NCBI RefSeq assembly: GCF_009914755.1
Contig: NC_060945.1
Reading direction: 5' to 3' (one strand)
DNA from: the human T2T-CHM13v2.0 reference genome, Homo sapiens
DNA: 64,000 bases
Part shown: piece by piece, positions 25,026 to 40,000 of the stretch
Layout of the letters: every line of letters starts with the position of its first letter
Numbering within the stretch: position 1 is the stretch's first letter
Program-made: the position numbers and the translations under genes
The notes under the pieces: model-generated
The model's database searches: none
The model's input: only the letters and a program-made list of their open reading frames with translations
What the model was told of the DNA's origin: nothing

Positions 25026-28000
25026 GGGATGGATTAGAGTGGAGTGGAGTGGAGTGTTATGGAGAGGAGTGGACTGTAGTGGAATGGAATTGAATGGACC
25101 AGAGTGGAATAGTGTGGAATCGAGTTGGGTGGAATGGATTGGAATGGATTAAAGTGGAATGGAGTGGAGTGGAGTGGACTGGGGTGGAATGGAATGGAGT
25201 GGAGTGGAGTGCAACTGAGTGTAGTGGAGTGGAGTGGAACGGTATGGAGAGGAGAGGAATGGAATGGAATGGAATGGAAAGGAGTCAACTGGAATGGGAT
25301 TGAGTGAAATGGAATGGAACAGATGGGAATGTAATGGAATGGCGTAGAGTGGAATGGAATGGAGTGAAGTGGAATGGATTCGATTGGAAAAGAAAGGATT
25401 GGATTGGTGTTGAGTGGAATGGAGTGGAGTGGAATGGAGTAGGCTGGAGTGGATTGAAGTGGAGTGGAGTGGAATGTACTCGAATGGAATGGAATGGAGT
25501 GGAGTGGAGTGGAGTGCAATGGAATAGAATGGATTGAAGTGGAATGTAATGGAATGGAATGGAATGGAGTGGAATGCAATGGATTGGAAAGCGGAATGGA
25601 ATGGAATGTAACAGAGTGGAATGGAATGGAATGGAGTGGAGTGGAAGGAATGGAAAGAAGAGGAATGGATTTGAGATGAATAAAGTGGAATGGAATGCAG
25701 TGGAGCGGAATAAAATGGAAAGGAGTGGAACGGAATGGAATGGAGTGTAATGGAATGGAGTGGAGTGGAGTGGACTGGAGTGGAGTGCAGTGGAATGGAG
25801 TGGAATAGAATGGTGTAGAATGCAGTGGAATGGATTGGAGAGTGTAGAATGGAATGGAGTGTAGTGGAATTGAATAGAGCGGAGTGGAACCGAGTGGAGT
25901 GGAGTGGATTGGAGAGAGTTGTATTGAATGGAATGGAGTGGAAAGGAGTGGAGTACAATGGAATGGAGTGGAATGGAATGGAACGGAGTGGGATGGAATG
26001 TAATGAATTGGAGTTGAGTGGAATTGAGTGTATTTGAATGGAGTTGTGTGTAATGGAATGGAATGGAGTGGAGTTGAATGAAAAGTAGAGGAATGGAATG
26101 GAAAGAAGGGAGTGCAGTGGAGCGGAGTGGAATGGAATGGACTGGAGTGGAGTGGAATGGAGAGCAGTGGAGTGGAATGGAGTGGAGTTGAATTGAGTGG
26201 AGTGCAATGGAGTGGAGTGGAGTGGAATGGAGTGGAGTGGAGGGGAATGAACTAGAGTGGAATGGAATGGAGTGGATTGGTATGGACTGGAGTGAAATGG
26301 AAATGATTGGAGTGGAATGGAATGGAATGGAGTGGAGTGGAGTGGAGTGTGGTTGAATGGATTTGAGTGGAGTGGAGTGGTGTGGAATGGAATGGGGTGA
26401 AATGGATTTGAACGGAGTTCAATGGAGTCAAATGGAGCGGAGTGGAGCGGAATGGAATGCAGTGGAGTGAGGTAGAGTGGATTGGATTGGAGTGTTATGG
26501 AGAGGAGGGGAGTGTAGTGGAATCGAATGGACTGGAAGGGAATGGCGTAGAATTGAATTGAGTGGAGAGGATTGGAATGGATTTGGGTGGAATGGACTGA
26601 AGTGGAATGGAATGGAGTGGAATGGAATGGAGTGGAGTGGAGTGGAGTGCAACTGATTGGAGTGGAGTGGAGTAGAATGGAATGTAGAGGAGTGGAATGG
26701 AATGGAATGGAATGGAAAGTAGTGAACTGGCATGGCATGGACTGAAGAATGGAATAGGATGGGATGTAATGGAATGGAGTGGAGAGGAATGCAAAGGAGT
26801 GAACTGGAATGGAATGGACTGAAGTGGAATGGAATAGGATGGGATGTAACGGAATGAAGTAGAGAGGAATAGAATGGAGTGAAGTGGAATGGATTCAAAT
26901 AGACTAGAAAGAAGTGGGATGGAGTTGAGTGGAATGGAATGGAGTGGAATGGAGTTGGGTGGAGTGGAATGAAGTGGAGTGGAGTGGAATGTACTGGAAT
27001 GGAATGGAGAATAGTGGAGTGGAATGGAGTGGAATTTAGTGGAGTTGAGTGGAACGTACTGGAATGGATTGCAGTGGAATGGAGAGGAATGGAATGGAAC
27101 GTAGTGGAATGGAATGGAGTGGAGTGGAATGGAATGGATTGGATAGGAAAGGAATGGATGGAATGGAGTGCAATGGAATGGAATGGAGTGGAGTGGAAAG
27201 GAATGGAATTGAGGGGAATGGAATGCAGTGTAATAAAGTGCAATGGAATGCAGTGGAGTGGAATAAAATGGAGTGGAGTGGAACGGAATGGAATGGAGTG
27301 TAATGAAATGGAGTGGAGTGGAGTGCAGTGGAATGGAGTGGAATGGAATAGAATGGTGTGGAATGAAGTGGAATGGAGTGGAATGGAGTGGAGAATGTGG
27401 AATGCAATGGAGTGGAGTGGAATTGTGTGGAATGGAATGGAGTGGAGTAGAATGCAATGTATTGGAAAGGAATGAAATAGACTGGAGTGGAATATTATGG
27501 ATTGGAGTGGAGTAGAGTGGAGTGGAGTGGAGTTTAATGGAATGCAGTGGTGTGGAGTGGAGTGGAATGGAATGGAGTGGAGTGGACTACAGTGTAGTGG
27601 AGTGAAATGGACTGGAATGGAATGGAGTGGAGTAGAGAGAAGAGGATTGGAATGGATAGGAGTGGAATAGACTGGAATGGAATGGTGCAGAGTGAAATGG
27701 AGCTTACCAGAGTGGAAAGGAGTGGAAAGGAATGGAGTGTCATAAAATGGAACATGGTGGAGTTGAACTGAGTGGAGTGGAGAGGAATGAAGTGGAGAGG
27801 AATGAAGTGGAGTGGAATGGAGTGGAATGGAGTAGAATGAATCGGAGTGGAGAGGAATAGAGAGGAATGGTATGGAGAAGAGTGGAATGGAATGGAATGG
27901 AGTGGAATTGAATGGAGTGGAGTGGAGTGGAGTGGAATGCAGTGGAGTTGTGAGGAGTGGAAAAGAGTCGAGTGGCAGGGAATTGAAGGGAATGGAATGG

Positions 28001-31000
28001 AATTAAATAGAATGGAATGGAATAGTGTGGAATGGAGTGGAGTGGAATGGAGTGGAGTGCATTGGAATGGAGTGGAGGGGAGTGGAATGGAATGTAGTGG
28101 ATTGGAGTGGCATTGAATGGAATGTAATGGATTGGAGTGGAATGGAGTGGAGTGCAGTGGAATGGACTAAAATGGAATGGAGTGGAGTATAGTAGAGTAG
28201 AGTACAGTGGAGTGGGGTAGAATGGAGTGGATTATGGTAGAGTAAAGTGGAATGGAGTGGAGCAGAATGGAATGGAGTGGATTGGAATAGAGTGGAGTGT
28301 AGTGGAATTGCGTGGAATGGAATGCAGTGGAGTGGCATAAAGTGGAATTGTTTGGAATGGAATACAATTGACTGGAATGGAATGGAGTGGAATTGAGTGG
28401 AGTGGAATGGAGTTGAGTGGAATGGATTGGAGTGGAGTGGAATGTAGTGGAGTGGAGTGGAGTGAAGTGGAGAGGAGGGGAATGGAGTGGAGTAAATTGG
28501 AGGAGTGTGGAATGTAGTGGAATGGAATGCTCTGGAGTGGAGTGTAGTGTATTGGAATGGAATGGAGTGGAGTTGCATGGAGTGGAGTGGAGTGGAATGG
28601 ACTGGAATGGAGTGGAATTGAGTGGAGTGGAATGGAGTGCAGTGGAGTGGAGTGGAATGGAATGGAGTCTAGTGGAATGGAGTGGAATGGAGAGGAATGG
28701 AGTGGAATTTAATGGAGTGGAATGGAATGTAGTGGAGAGGAATGGAGTGGAGTGGAGTGGTGTGGAGTAGAGTGGAGTGGAATGAAGTGGAATGGAGGGG
28801 AATGGAGAGGAACGAAGTGTAGTGGAGTGGAATGGAATTAAGTGGAGCAGAATGGAATGGAGTGCAATGCTATGGAATGGAGTGGAGTAGAATGAAGTGG
28901 ACTGGAGTGGAGTGTAGGGGAGTAATACAGAAAGGAATGGAGTGGAGTGGAGTGGAGTAGAGTGGAGTGGAGTGGAGTAGAGTGGAGTGGAGTGTCATGG
29001 AGTGGGGTGGAATGGAGTGGATTGGAATGGAATGGATTGGAATTAAATGGATTGGAGTGGAATTGAATGGAGGGGAATGGAATGGTGACAAATGGATTAG
29101 AAAGTATTTCAGTCGTGTGGAAAAAATGGAGTGGAAGGGAAAGGAAAGGAATTCAATGGAATGCACTGAAGTGGAGTGACATGGAGTGGACTGCAGTGGA
29201 ATGAGGTAGAATGGAATGCAGTGGAGTGGAATGGAATGGAATGGAAAGGAAAGGAAAGTAATGGAATGGAGTTGTGTGTAATGGAATGGAGTGCAGTGTA
29301 ATTGAGTGGACTGCAGTGAAGTGGAGTGGAATGGAGTTGAATGGAGGGGAATGAAGTGGAGTGGAGTGGAGGGGAAGGAAGTGGAGTGGACTAGAATGGA
29401 GTGGAATGGAGTGGAATGGAATGCAGTGGACAGGAATGGAATGGAGTGGAGTGCAGTGGATTAGAGTTGAGTGGAGTCGAGTGCAGTGGATTAGAATGGA
29501 AAAGATTGCAATGGAGAGGAGAGGAATGGAATGGAGAGGGGTGGAATGGATTGCAATGGAGTGGAATGGAATGCAATGGAGTTTAGTTGAGTAGAGTGGA
29601 GTGGAAAGGAGTGGGGTGGAATGGAGTTGAGTGGATTGGAGAGGAATGGAATCGAGTGGAGTCAAATTGAAAAGAGTGGAGTGGAATTGAGTGGAATGGA
29701 TTGCAGCGGAGTGGAATTGTGTAGAATGGAATGAAGTGGAATGGAGTGGAGTGGAGTCAAGTGGAGTGGAGTGGAATGGAGTGGAGTGGAATGGAGTGGA
29801 GTGGGGTGGAATGGGGTGAAATGGAATGGAATTAAGTGTAAAGGAATTCAGTAGAGGAGAATGGAATGGAGTGCAGAGGAATGTAATGAAATTCATAGGA
29901 GTGGAATGGAATGGAATGGAATAGAATGGGATGGAATGCAGTGGAGTTGAGTGGAATGGATTGGAGAGGAATGGAATGTAGTAGAATGGAAAGCAGTGGA
30001 ATGGAATGGCGTGGAATGGAATGGAAAGCTCTGAATTGGTGTTGAATGGAATGGAGTGGATGGAGTGGAAAGGAGTGAAGTGGAATGGGGTGGAATGGAA
30101 TGAAGTGGAGTGGAATGGAATGGAATGCAATGGAGTGTTGTGGAATGGAGTGGATTGGAGTAGAATTAAGTGGACTGGAGTGGTGTGCAGTGGAATCAAG
30201 TGGTGGGGAGTGGAATGAAGTGGAGTTTAGTGGAATGGAGTGGAAAGGAATGGAGTGGAGTGGAAAGGAATAGATTGGATTGGAGTAAAGTGCAATGGAG
30301 TGGAGTGGAGTGGAGTGCAATGCAATGCAGTGGAGTGGAGAGGTGAGGAATGGAATGGAGTTGAAAGGAATGGAGTAGAGTGGAGTGGAAAGGACTGGAA
30401 TGGAATGGAGTGGAGTGGAGTAGAGTGGAGTGTAGAGGAGAGGGGTCGAATGGAGTGGGGTGGAGTGGAATGGAATGGAATGGAGTGGAGTAAAATGGAC
30501 TGGCTTGGAGTGGCACCGAGTAGAATGGAATGGAGTGGAATGAAATGCTGTTGAAGGGAATAAAATGGAGTGGCGTGGAATGGAATGGAATGGAGTGGAG
30601 TGGAGTGGAGTGGAATGGAGTGCAGTGGAGTGGAATGGAGTGGAATGGAATGGAGTGGAGAAGAATGGAATTTAGTAGAGTGGAGAAGAGTGGAGTGGAG
30701 TGGAATGGAACGAAGTGCAGTGGACTGAAGTGGAGAGCAAAGGAATGGATTAAAGTGGAATTGAGGGGAGTGGAATAGGAAGGAGTAGAGTGGAATGGTG
30801 TGGAATGGATTGGAATGCAATGTAGTGGAATGTAGTGGAGAAGAGTGGAATGGAATTGAGTACAGTGGATTAAAATGGAATGGAGTTGATTTAAATGGAA
30901 TGTAGTGGAATGGAATGAAGTGGAGGGGAGTGGTGTTTAGTGGAGTGTAGTGGAATGGAGTGGAATTGAATGGAATGGAGTGGAATGGAGTGGAGTGCAG

Positions 31001-34000
31001 TGGAAGGGAATTAAGTGGAGTGGAATGGATGGAGTGGATCGGAGGGGAGTAGAATGGAGAGGACTGGAGTGAAGTGGAGTGCAGAAGATCGCAAATTAGT
31101 GGAGTGGAGTGGAATGGAATGGAATGGAGTTGAATGCAGTGGAATTTAGTTGAATGGAGTGCAGTGCAGTGGAATGGAATTAAGTGGAGTGGAATGGAAT
31201 AGTGTGGAATGGAATGGAATGCAGTCGAGTAGAATGGTGGGGACTGGAGTAGAGTGGAGTGGAGTGGAATGAAAAGGAGTAGAGTGGAGTGGAGAGGAAT
31301 GGAGTAGAGTGGAAAGGAATGGAGTCAAGCAGAATGCAGTGGAGTGGAGAGGAATGGAGTGGAACGGAATGGAGAGGAGTGGAATGGAGTGGAGTGGAAT
31401 GGAATGGAATGGAATGGAATGGAGTGGAGTGTAATGGAATGGATTTGATTGGAGTCAATGGAGTGGAATGGAATGGAATGGAATGGAGTGGAATGGAGTG
31501 GAATGGAGTGCTGTGGCGTGGATGGAAATGGAATGGAGTGGAATGGAGAGGAAAGTAATGGAGTGGAGTGGAGTGGAATGGAATAAAGTGAAATGCAGTG
31601 GAATGGAACAGAGTTAAATGGAGTGGAATTGAGTGTAGTGGAGTGGAATGGAATCGAATGCAGTGGAATAAAATGGTGTGGAGGGGAATGGAATGGAATG
31701 GAGTGGAATTGAATGGAGTGGAATGCAGTGGTGTGGATATCAGTGGAGTGTAATTAAATGGAGAGTAATGGAATGGAATGGAGTGGAATGGAGAGGAACG
31801 AAGTGGAGTGGAGTGGAATGGAAGTATGTGGAGTGGAATGGAATGGAGAGGAATGGTATGGAATGGAATGGAGAAGAATGAAGTGGACTGGAATGGAGTG
31901 GAGAGGAGTAGAATGGAAACGAGTGGAGTGGAGTTGAGTGGAGTGGAGATGAGTGGGGTAGATTGGAGTGGAGTGTAATGGAGTGGAGTGTAATGGAGTG
32001 GAGTGGAGTTGAGTGGAGTGGAGATGAGTGGGGTAGATTGGAGTGGAATTGAGTGGAGTGTAATGGAGTGGAGTGGAATTGCAGGGCATGGAAGGGCATG
32101 AAATGGATTGGAATGGTTTGCAGGGGTGTGGAAAAATTGGAGTGGAGGGGAGGGGATTCGTATGGAGTGGAATGGAATGGAGTGGAATGGAGTGCCTTGG
32201 AATGGAGTGGAATGGAATGGAATGGAGTATAATGGAGTGTTATGGAGAGGAGTGGAGTGGAATGGACTGGACTGAAATGGAGCGGAGTGGAGTGGGGTGG
32301 TATGAATAGGAGTGGATTCCAGTGGAATGTGATGGAATGTAGTGGAATGGAGTGCAGTGGAGTGGAATGGAGTGGAATGGAGTGGAGTGGACGGGAAAGG
32401 AATGTAGTGGAGTGGAATGGAATGAAAGTGAATGGAGTAGAGTGGAATGGAATGGAATGGAATGGAGTGGAGTGGAGTGGAATGGGATGGAGTGGAGTGG
32501 AATGGAAAGGAGTGGAGTGGAACAGAGTGGACTGGTGTGGAATGGAAATTAATCGAATGGAGTTTAATACAGAGAAGTAAAATGAAATGGAATGTAGGGG
32601 AACGGATTTAGTGGAATGGAATGGAATGCCCGGAAGAGGAGAGGAATGGAGTGGAGTGAAGTGGAGAGGAGTGGAGTGGAATGGGGTGGAATGCAATGAA
32701 GTGGATTGGAATGGAATGGAATGAAAGGAATGGAATGGAGTGCTGTGGAAAGGAATGGAGATGAGTACAATGCAGTGGAATGGAATGGAGTGGAGTGCAG
32801 TGAATTAGAGTGGACTTACTTGAAATGGAGTGGAAAGGAGTGTAAAGAAGTGAAATGGAATGGAATGGAGTGGAATGGAATGGAAGTCAGTGGGGTGGAG
32901 TGTAACGGAATGGAGTGGAGCAGAGTGGTGCGGAATTGTATGGAATGGAGTGGACTGGAGTGGAGTGGAATATAGTGGAGGTCAATTGAGAGGAGTGGAA
33001 TGGAATAGGGTGAAATGGAATGGAATGTAGTGGAATACAGTGGAATGGAGTGGAGTGGAGGGGAAAGGAGTGGAGTGGAATGGAATGGAATGGAGTGGAA
33101 TGGATCGAGTGGAGTGGAATGGAATGTAGTAGAGTGGAACAGAGTTGAGTGGTGTGGAACGGTAGTAAGTGGAATGGAGTGGAACGGAGAGAAGTGAAAT
33201 GGAGTTCAGTGGAAGAGAACGGATGTAGTGGAATGGAATGGAATGCCCTGAAGACGAGTGGAATGGAGTGGAGTGAAGAGGATTTGAGTGGAGTGGAATG
33301 GGGTGGAATGGAATGAAGTGGAGTGGAATGGAATGGAATGGAATGAAATGGAATTGAATGCAGTAGTGTGGACAGGAATGGAATTGAGTACAATGGAGTG
33401 GACTGCAGTGGAGTGGAGTGGAAAGGAGTACAATGGAGGGGAATGAAGTGCAGTGGAGTGGAATGTATTGGAATGGAATGGAGTTGAGTTGAATGGAATG
33501 GAGTGGAGAGGAATGGAATGGAGTGTAGTAGAGTAGAGTGGTGTGGAATGGAATGAAATGGAATGCAGTGTTGTGGAGTGGAGTGGAATTGAATGTAGTG
33601 GAGTGGAATAGAGTGGTGTGGAGAGAAACTGGGATGGAATGAAGTGGAGTGGAGTAGAGTGGACTGGAGTGGAGTGGGGTGGAATGGAGTGGAGTGGAGT
33701 GGAATGGAATGCTGTGGAGTGGAATGGAGTGGAATGGAATGAAGTGGAGTGGAATAAAATAGAGTGAATGGGAATGGAGTGGAAAGGATGGAATTGAAGG
33801 GAGTGGAATGGAGTGGAGGGGAATGGAATGGAGTGCAGTTGAGAGGAAAGAATTGCAGTGGAGTGGAATGGAGAGGAATGGAATAAAGTGGAGTGGAGTG
33901 GAATTGAGTGGAGTCGTGTGGAATGGAGTTGAGTGGAGTACAATGGAGTGGAAGGGAGTGGAGAGGAATGGAATGGAATGAAGTGCACTGGAATGAAGTG

Positions 34001-37000
34001 GAGTGGAATGGAATGGAGTGGAGTGGAACGGAGTAGAGTGGAGGGCAATGGAGTGGAATGAAGTGGAGTGGAGTGGAGTAGAGTGGAATGGAGTGGAGTG
34101 GAATAGAGTGGAGTGGAGAGGAGTGGAACGGAATAAGGTGAAATGGAATGCAATGGAGTGGAGTGGAGGGGAAAGGAATGGCGTGGAGTGGAATGGGATG
34201 GAATGGAATGGACTGGAGTGGAATGCAATGGAGTGGACTGGAATGAAATGGAGTGGAGTGGAATGGAGTGGAGTGGAGTGTAATGGAGGGCAACGGAGTG
34301 GAAGGGGAGTGGAATGGAATGGAGGGAAGTTCAATTGAGTGGAGTGGAGTGTGGTCGAGTGGAAAGGGGTGAAATGGAATGGAATGGAGTGGAGTGGAAT
34401 GGAATTGAGTGGAGTGAATTGGAGTGGAATGGAATGGAGTGGAGTGGAGTGTAATGGAATGGAATTGAATGGAATGGACTGGAATGGAATGGATTGGAAT
34501 GGAGTGGACTTTAATGGAATGGAGTGTAATGCAGTGGAATAGAAAGGAGTGGAGAGGAATTGAGTGGAGTGGAATTGAATGCAGTAGAGTGGCACAGAGT
34601 GGAGGGGAGTGGAGTGAGTGACTTGAAATGAATGGAATGTTATGAAACGCAATGGCAAGGAACAGAATGGAATGGAGTGGAGTGCAGTGAAATAGAGTCA
34701 ACTGGAATGGAATGGAGTGGAAAGGAGTGGAAAGTTTTGGAATGCAATGTAATGGTAGGGAGTGGAATGGAACACAGTGGAGTGGAGTGGAATGGAGTGC
34801 ACTGGAGTGGAATTCTGTGGAATGGTATGGAGTGGAGTGGAGTGGAATGGAGTGGAGGGGAATGGAGTGCAGTAGAATAGAATAGGTTGAAATGCTATGG
34901 AATGTAGTGGAAAGGAGTGGAGGGAGGGGAAAGAAATGGAATGGAGTGTAATGGAATGGAATGGAATGGAGTGGAGTGGAGTGGAGTGGAATGGAATGGA
35001 GTCGAGTTTAATGCAATGTAGTGGAGTGGAACAGAATGGAGTGTTCTGTAATGGAAGGAAGTGGAATGGAGTGGAGTGAAGAGAAGTGAAATGGAATGGA
35101 CTGGAGGGGAACATACGGAGTGGAATGGAATGAAATGCCCTGAAGTGGAGTGGAATGGAGTGGAATGTGGTGGAGTTGAGTGAAGGGGAATGGGGTGGAA
35201 TGGAATGTAGTGGAGTGGAGTGGAATGGAATGGAATGGAATGGAATGGAATGGAATGGAAAGGAATGGAATGGAATGGAAAGGAATAGAGTGGTTTGGAA
35301 AGGAATGGATTGGAGTAAAATGGAGTGGACTGCATTGGAGTGGAGTGGAATGGATGGCACTGAAGGGGAATGAAGTTGTGGAGAGGAAAGTAGCGGAATG
35401 GAATGGGGTGGAGTGGAATGGAATATAGTGGAGAGGAATGGAATGGAGAGGAATGGAGTAGAGTGGAGTGCACTGGAGTGGAGTGGAATGGAATGGAATG
35501 CAGTGGGGTGGAATGGAATGGAATGGAGTGGAGTAAACCAGAGTGGATTCGAGTGGAGTGGAATGGAATGCAGTGGAGAGGAGTGGAGTGGAATGGAATG
35601 GAGTGGAGTGAAAAGGATGTCAGTGGAGTGAAGTGGAGTGGAATTGAGTGGAGGGGAGTGGAATGAAATGGACATATTGGAACAGAGTGGAATGGAATGG
35701 AATGCACTGGAGGGGAGTGGAATGGAAAGGAGTGTATTGGAATAGAGTGGTGTGGAGCGGAAGGGACTGGAATGGAATTGAGTGGACTGGAGAAGAGTGG
35801 AGTGGATTGGAGTGGGCTGGAATGGAATGGAGTGGAGTGGAGTGGAATAGAATGGAGTGGAGCTGAATGGAGTGGAGTGGAGTGGAATGGAATGCAGTGG
35901 AGTGGAATGGAGTGGAATGGAATGAAGTGGAGTAGAATGGAATGAAGTGGATTGGAATAAAATGGAGTGCAATGGAATGGATGGATTTCAAGGGAGTGGA
36001 ATGGAGTGGAGTGGAATGGAGTGGTTTGGAATGGAGTGGAGTGGAGTGGAATTGAGTGGAGTTGAGAGGAAAGAAGTGGACTGTAGTGGAATACAAGGAA
36101 TGGAGTACAGTGGAGTGCAGTGGAATTGAGTCGATTGGAATTTATTGGAGTGAAGTGGAGTACACTGGAATGGAGGGGAGGGGAGTGGAATGAAGTGGAG
36201 TAGAATGGAAGGGATTGGAGTGGAATGGAGTGGAATGGAGGGCAATGGACTGGGACAGAGTGGAGTGAAGTGGAGTAGAGTATAGGGGAGTGGAATGGAG
36301 TGCAGTGGAGAGGAATGGAATAGGGTGAAATGGAATGGAATGGAGTAGAATGGAGATTTGTGGGGAATGGAATGGAGAGCAGTGGAATGGAATGGAATGC
36401 AATGGAATGGAGTGGAGTGGAATGGAAAGTAGTAGAATGGAATGGAAGAGAAAGGAATAGAATGGAGTGGAATGGAATGGAATTGAATAGAGTGGAATGG
36501 AGTGGAGTGGAGTGGAATGGAGTGGACTGGAGTGGAATGGATTAGAGTGGAGTGCAGTGGAATGGCGTGGAGCGGTAGGGAATGGATTGTAGTGGAATGG
36601 AATGGAATGCAACAGAGTGGAGGGGAGTGGAGGGGAGTCGAATGCAATGTAGTGGAGTGGAGTGCACAAGAGTGGAGTGGAATGGAGTGGAATGGAATGG
36701 AGTGGAATGGAATGTACTGGAATGGAGTGGAATGGAATTGAATAGAATAGAGTGGAATGGAATGGAATTGAATGGAGTGGAATGGAATGCAGAGGAGTGG
36801 AATGCAACAGAGTGGAAAGGAATGGAGTAGATGGATTGCAGTGGAGTGGAGTGGAGTGAAGTGGAGTGGAGTGGAGTTCAATGGAGGTGAGTGGAGTTGA
36901 GTGGAGTGGAGTGAAGTGGAATGGAGTGGAATGTAGTTGAGTGCAGTGGAATGGAGTAGAATGGAATGGAGTGGACTGGAATGGAGTGGAATGGAGTGGA

Positions 37001-40000
37001 GCTGAGTGGAGTGGAATGGAGTGCAGTTGAAAGGAATGGAATTCAATGGAGTTGAGTGGAATGGAGTGGAGTGCTGTGGCATGGTGACAAATGGAATGGA
37101 GTTGAACGGAATGGAATTGAGGGAAATGAAATAGAGTGGAATGGAGTGGAATGCAATGTGATGGAATGGAGGGGAATGGAGTGGAATGGAGTGGAGTGCA
37201 ATGGAAGGTAGTGGAAAGGAATGGAATGGAGAGGATTGCAATGAAGTGAAATGGAATGGAGGGGAGTGAAATGGAATGGAACGGAGTGGAGTGGATTTCA
37301 ATGGAGTGCAGTGGAATGGAGTGGGGTGGAGTGGAATGGAGTGCAATGGAATGGAATGGAGTGGAATGGAATTAAGTGGAATGGGGAGGAGTGGAATGGA
37401 ATGTAGTGGAGTGGATTGGAATTGAAAGGAAAGGAGTGGACTGGAATAGAATGGCGTGGAGTAGAATGGAATGGAAAGGAATGCAATGGCAAGGAATGGA
37501 ATGGAATGGACTGGAGCACAGTGAAATAGAGTAGACAGGAATGGCATGGAATGGAATTGAATAGAAAGGAGTGGATTGGAATGGAATAGAGTGATGTGGA
37601 ATGGAGAGGGGTGGAATAGAATGGGTGGATTGGAGTGGATTGGAGTGGAATGGAATGGAGTGGAATGGAATGGAATGGAAGGGAATGATTTTGAGAGGAA
37701 TGGAGTGGAATGGAATCGAATGGAACAGAATGGAATGATTTTGAGAGGAATGGAGTGGAAAGGATTGGAATTGAGTGGAGTGGCATGGAATGGAGTCGAA
37801 TAGAATGGAATGGAATGGAATGCAACGGCAAGGAATGGAATGGAAAGGAGTGGAAGGCAGTGTAGTAAAGTGGACTGCAATGACATGGAGTGCAAAGGAG
37901 GGGAAAGCAGTGGAATGAAATGGAATGGAGTGGAAAGGAATGGAAGGGAATTGAGTGGAGTGGAATATAGAGGAGTGGAGTGGAGAGGTGTGGAATGGAA
38001 TTGAGGGGAGTGGAGTGGAGAGCAGTGGAAAGGAATGGAATAGAATGGAGGGGATTGAAATGTAATGGAGTGGAGTGGAATGGAATGCAATGAAGTGGAG
38101 TGCAATGGAGAAGATTGGAGGTAAATGGAGTGGAGTGGAATGGGGTAGAATGGAATGCACTGGAATGGAATGGAATGAAATGGAAAGGAATGGAAGGGAG
38201 TGGTGTGGAATAGAATGGAGTAGATTACAATGGAGTGGACTGCAGTGGAGAGGAGAGGAATGGAGTGGAGTGGAGGGGAAGGAAGTGGAGTGGAGTGGAA
38301 TGTAGTGGAATGGAATGGAGTCGAGTGGAATGGAGTGGAGTGTGGTGGAATGGAATGGAGTTGAGTGGAGTAGAGTGGAGTGGAGAGGATTGGAATGGCA
38401 TGCAGTGGACGGGATTGGAGTGGAATGGAATGGAGTGGAGTGGAGTGGAATGGAGTTGAATGGACTGGAATGGAATGTTGTGGAGTGGAGAGGGGTGGAG
38501 TGGTGTGTAACGGACTGGAGTGGAACGGAGTGGAATGGAATTGAGTTTAGTGGAATGGAGTGGACTGGAGTGGAATGGAGTGGAATGGAATGGAGTGGAG
38601 TGGAATGGAATCGAATCGAGGTAAGTGGAATTGAGTGGAGTGTTAGGGAATGGAATGGAATGGAGTGGATTGGAATGGAATTGAGTGGAATGGAGTGGAC
38701 TGGAATGTAATGGAGTGGAGGGGAATGGAATGGAAAGGAGTGCAGTGGAATGGAACGGAGTGAAGTGGAATGGAGAAGAGTAGAGTGGAATGGAATGGTG
38801 TGCAGTGGAATGGAGAGGAATGGAATGGAGTGGAGTGGAATGGAATGGAATGGAAGGGAATAGTATTGAATGCAATGGAATGGAATGGATTGGAACAGAG
38901 TATAGTGGAATGAAATGGAGTAGACTAGAATGGAATGGAGTGGAATGGAATGGAATGGAATGGGGTGGATTGGCATGGAGTGTAGTCGAATTGAATGGAG
39001 TGGAGTGAAACATAGTGGAGTGGAATGGAGAGAATGGAATGGAATGGAATGGAATGGAATGGAATGGAATGGAATGCAATGCAATGCAATGCAATGGCAA
39101 GGAATGGAATGGAACGGAGTGGAGAGCAGTGGAGTAGAGTGGACTGGAATGGAATGGAGTGGAATGTAGGGGAAAGCAGTGGAATGGGATGGAATGGAGT
39201 GGAGTGGAATGGAACTCAGTGGAGTGGAGTGGAATGGAGTGGAGTGGAGTGGTGTGGAATGGAATGGAGTGGAGTGGAGTGGAGTGGAATGGAATGGAGT
39301 GGAGTGGATTAGAGTAGAGTGGAGTGGAATTTAGTGGAATGGAATGGAGTGGAGTGGAATGGAATGGGGTGAAAGGGAATGGAGTGGAGTGGAACTGAGT
39401 AGCGTGCAGTGGAATGGAATGGAGTGGAGAGCAATGGATTGGAGTGGAGTGGAATGGAGTATAATGGAATGCAGTAGAGTGGAATGGAGTGGAATGGAAT
39501 GAAGTGGAGTGGAATAAAATGGCGCGGAGTGGAATGGAATGGAGTGAAATAGAAAGGAGTGGAACAGAATGGAGTGGAATGGAGAGGAGTGGAATGGAGT
39601 CGCATGGAGTGGAATGGACTTGCATTGATTGGAAAGAAGTGGAGTGGAGTGGAATGGAGTGGAATGTAATGGAGAGGAGTTGAATGGAATGAAGTGGAGT
39701 GGAATGGAATGGTGGGGAAGAGTAGAGTGGAGTGGAAGGGAATGGAGAGAAATGGAAAGGAATGAAGTGCAGTGGAGTGAAGTGGATTGGAATGGAATGG
39801 AGTGGAGTGGAATGGAGTGATGTGGAGAGGAATGGACTGGAATGGAGTGGAGTGGAGTGTAGTGGAATCGAGTGGGGAGAAGTGGAGTGCAGTGGAATGG
39901 AATGGAGTGGAGTGGACTGGAGTGGAGTGGAGTGGAATGGAACGGAAAGGAATGAAATGGAAAGGAATGGAATGCAATGGAATGCAATGGAGTGCAGTGG

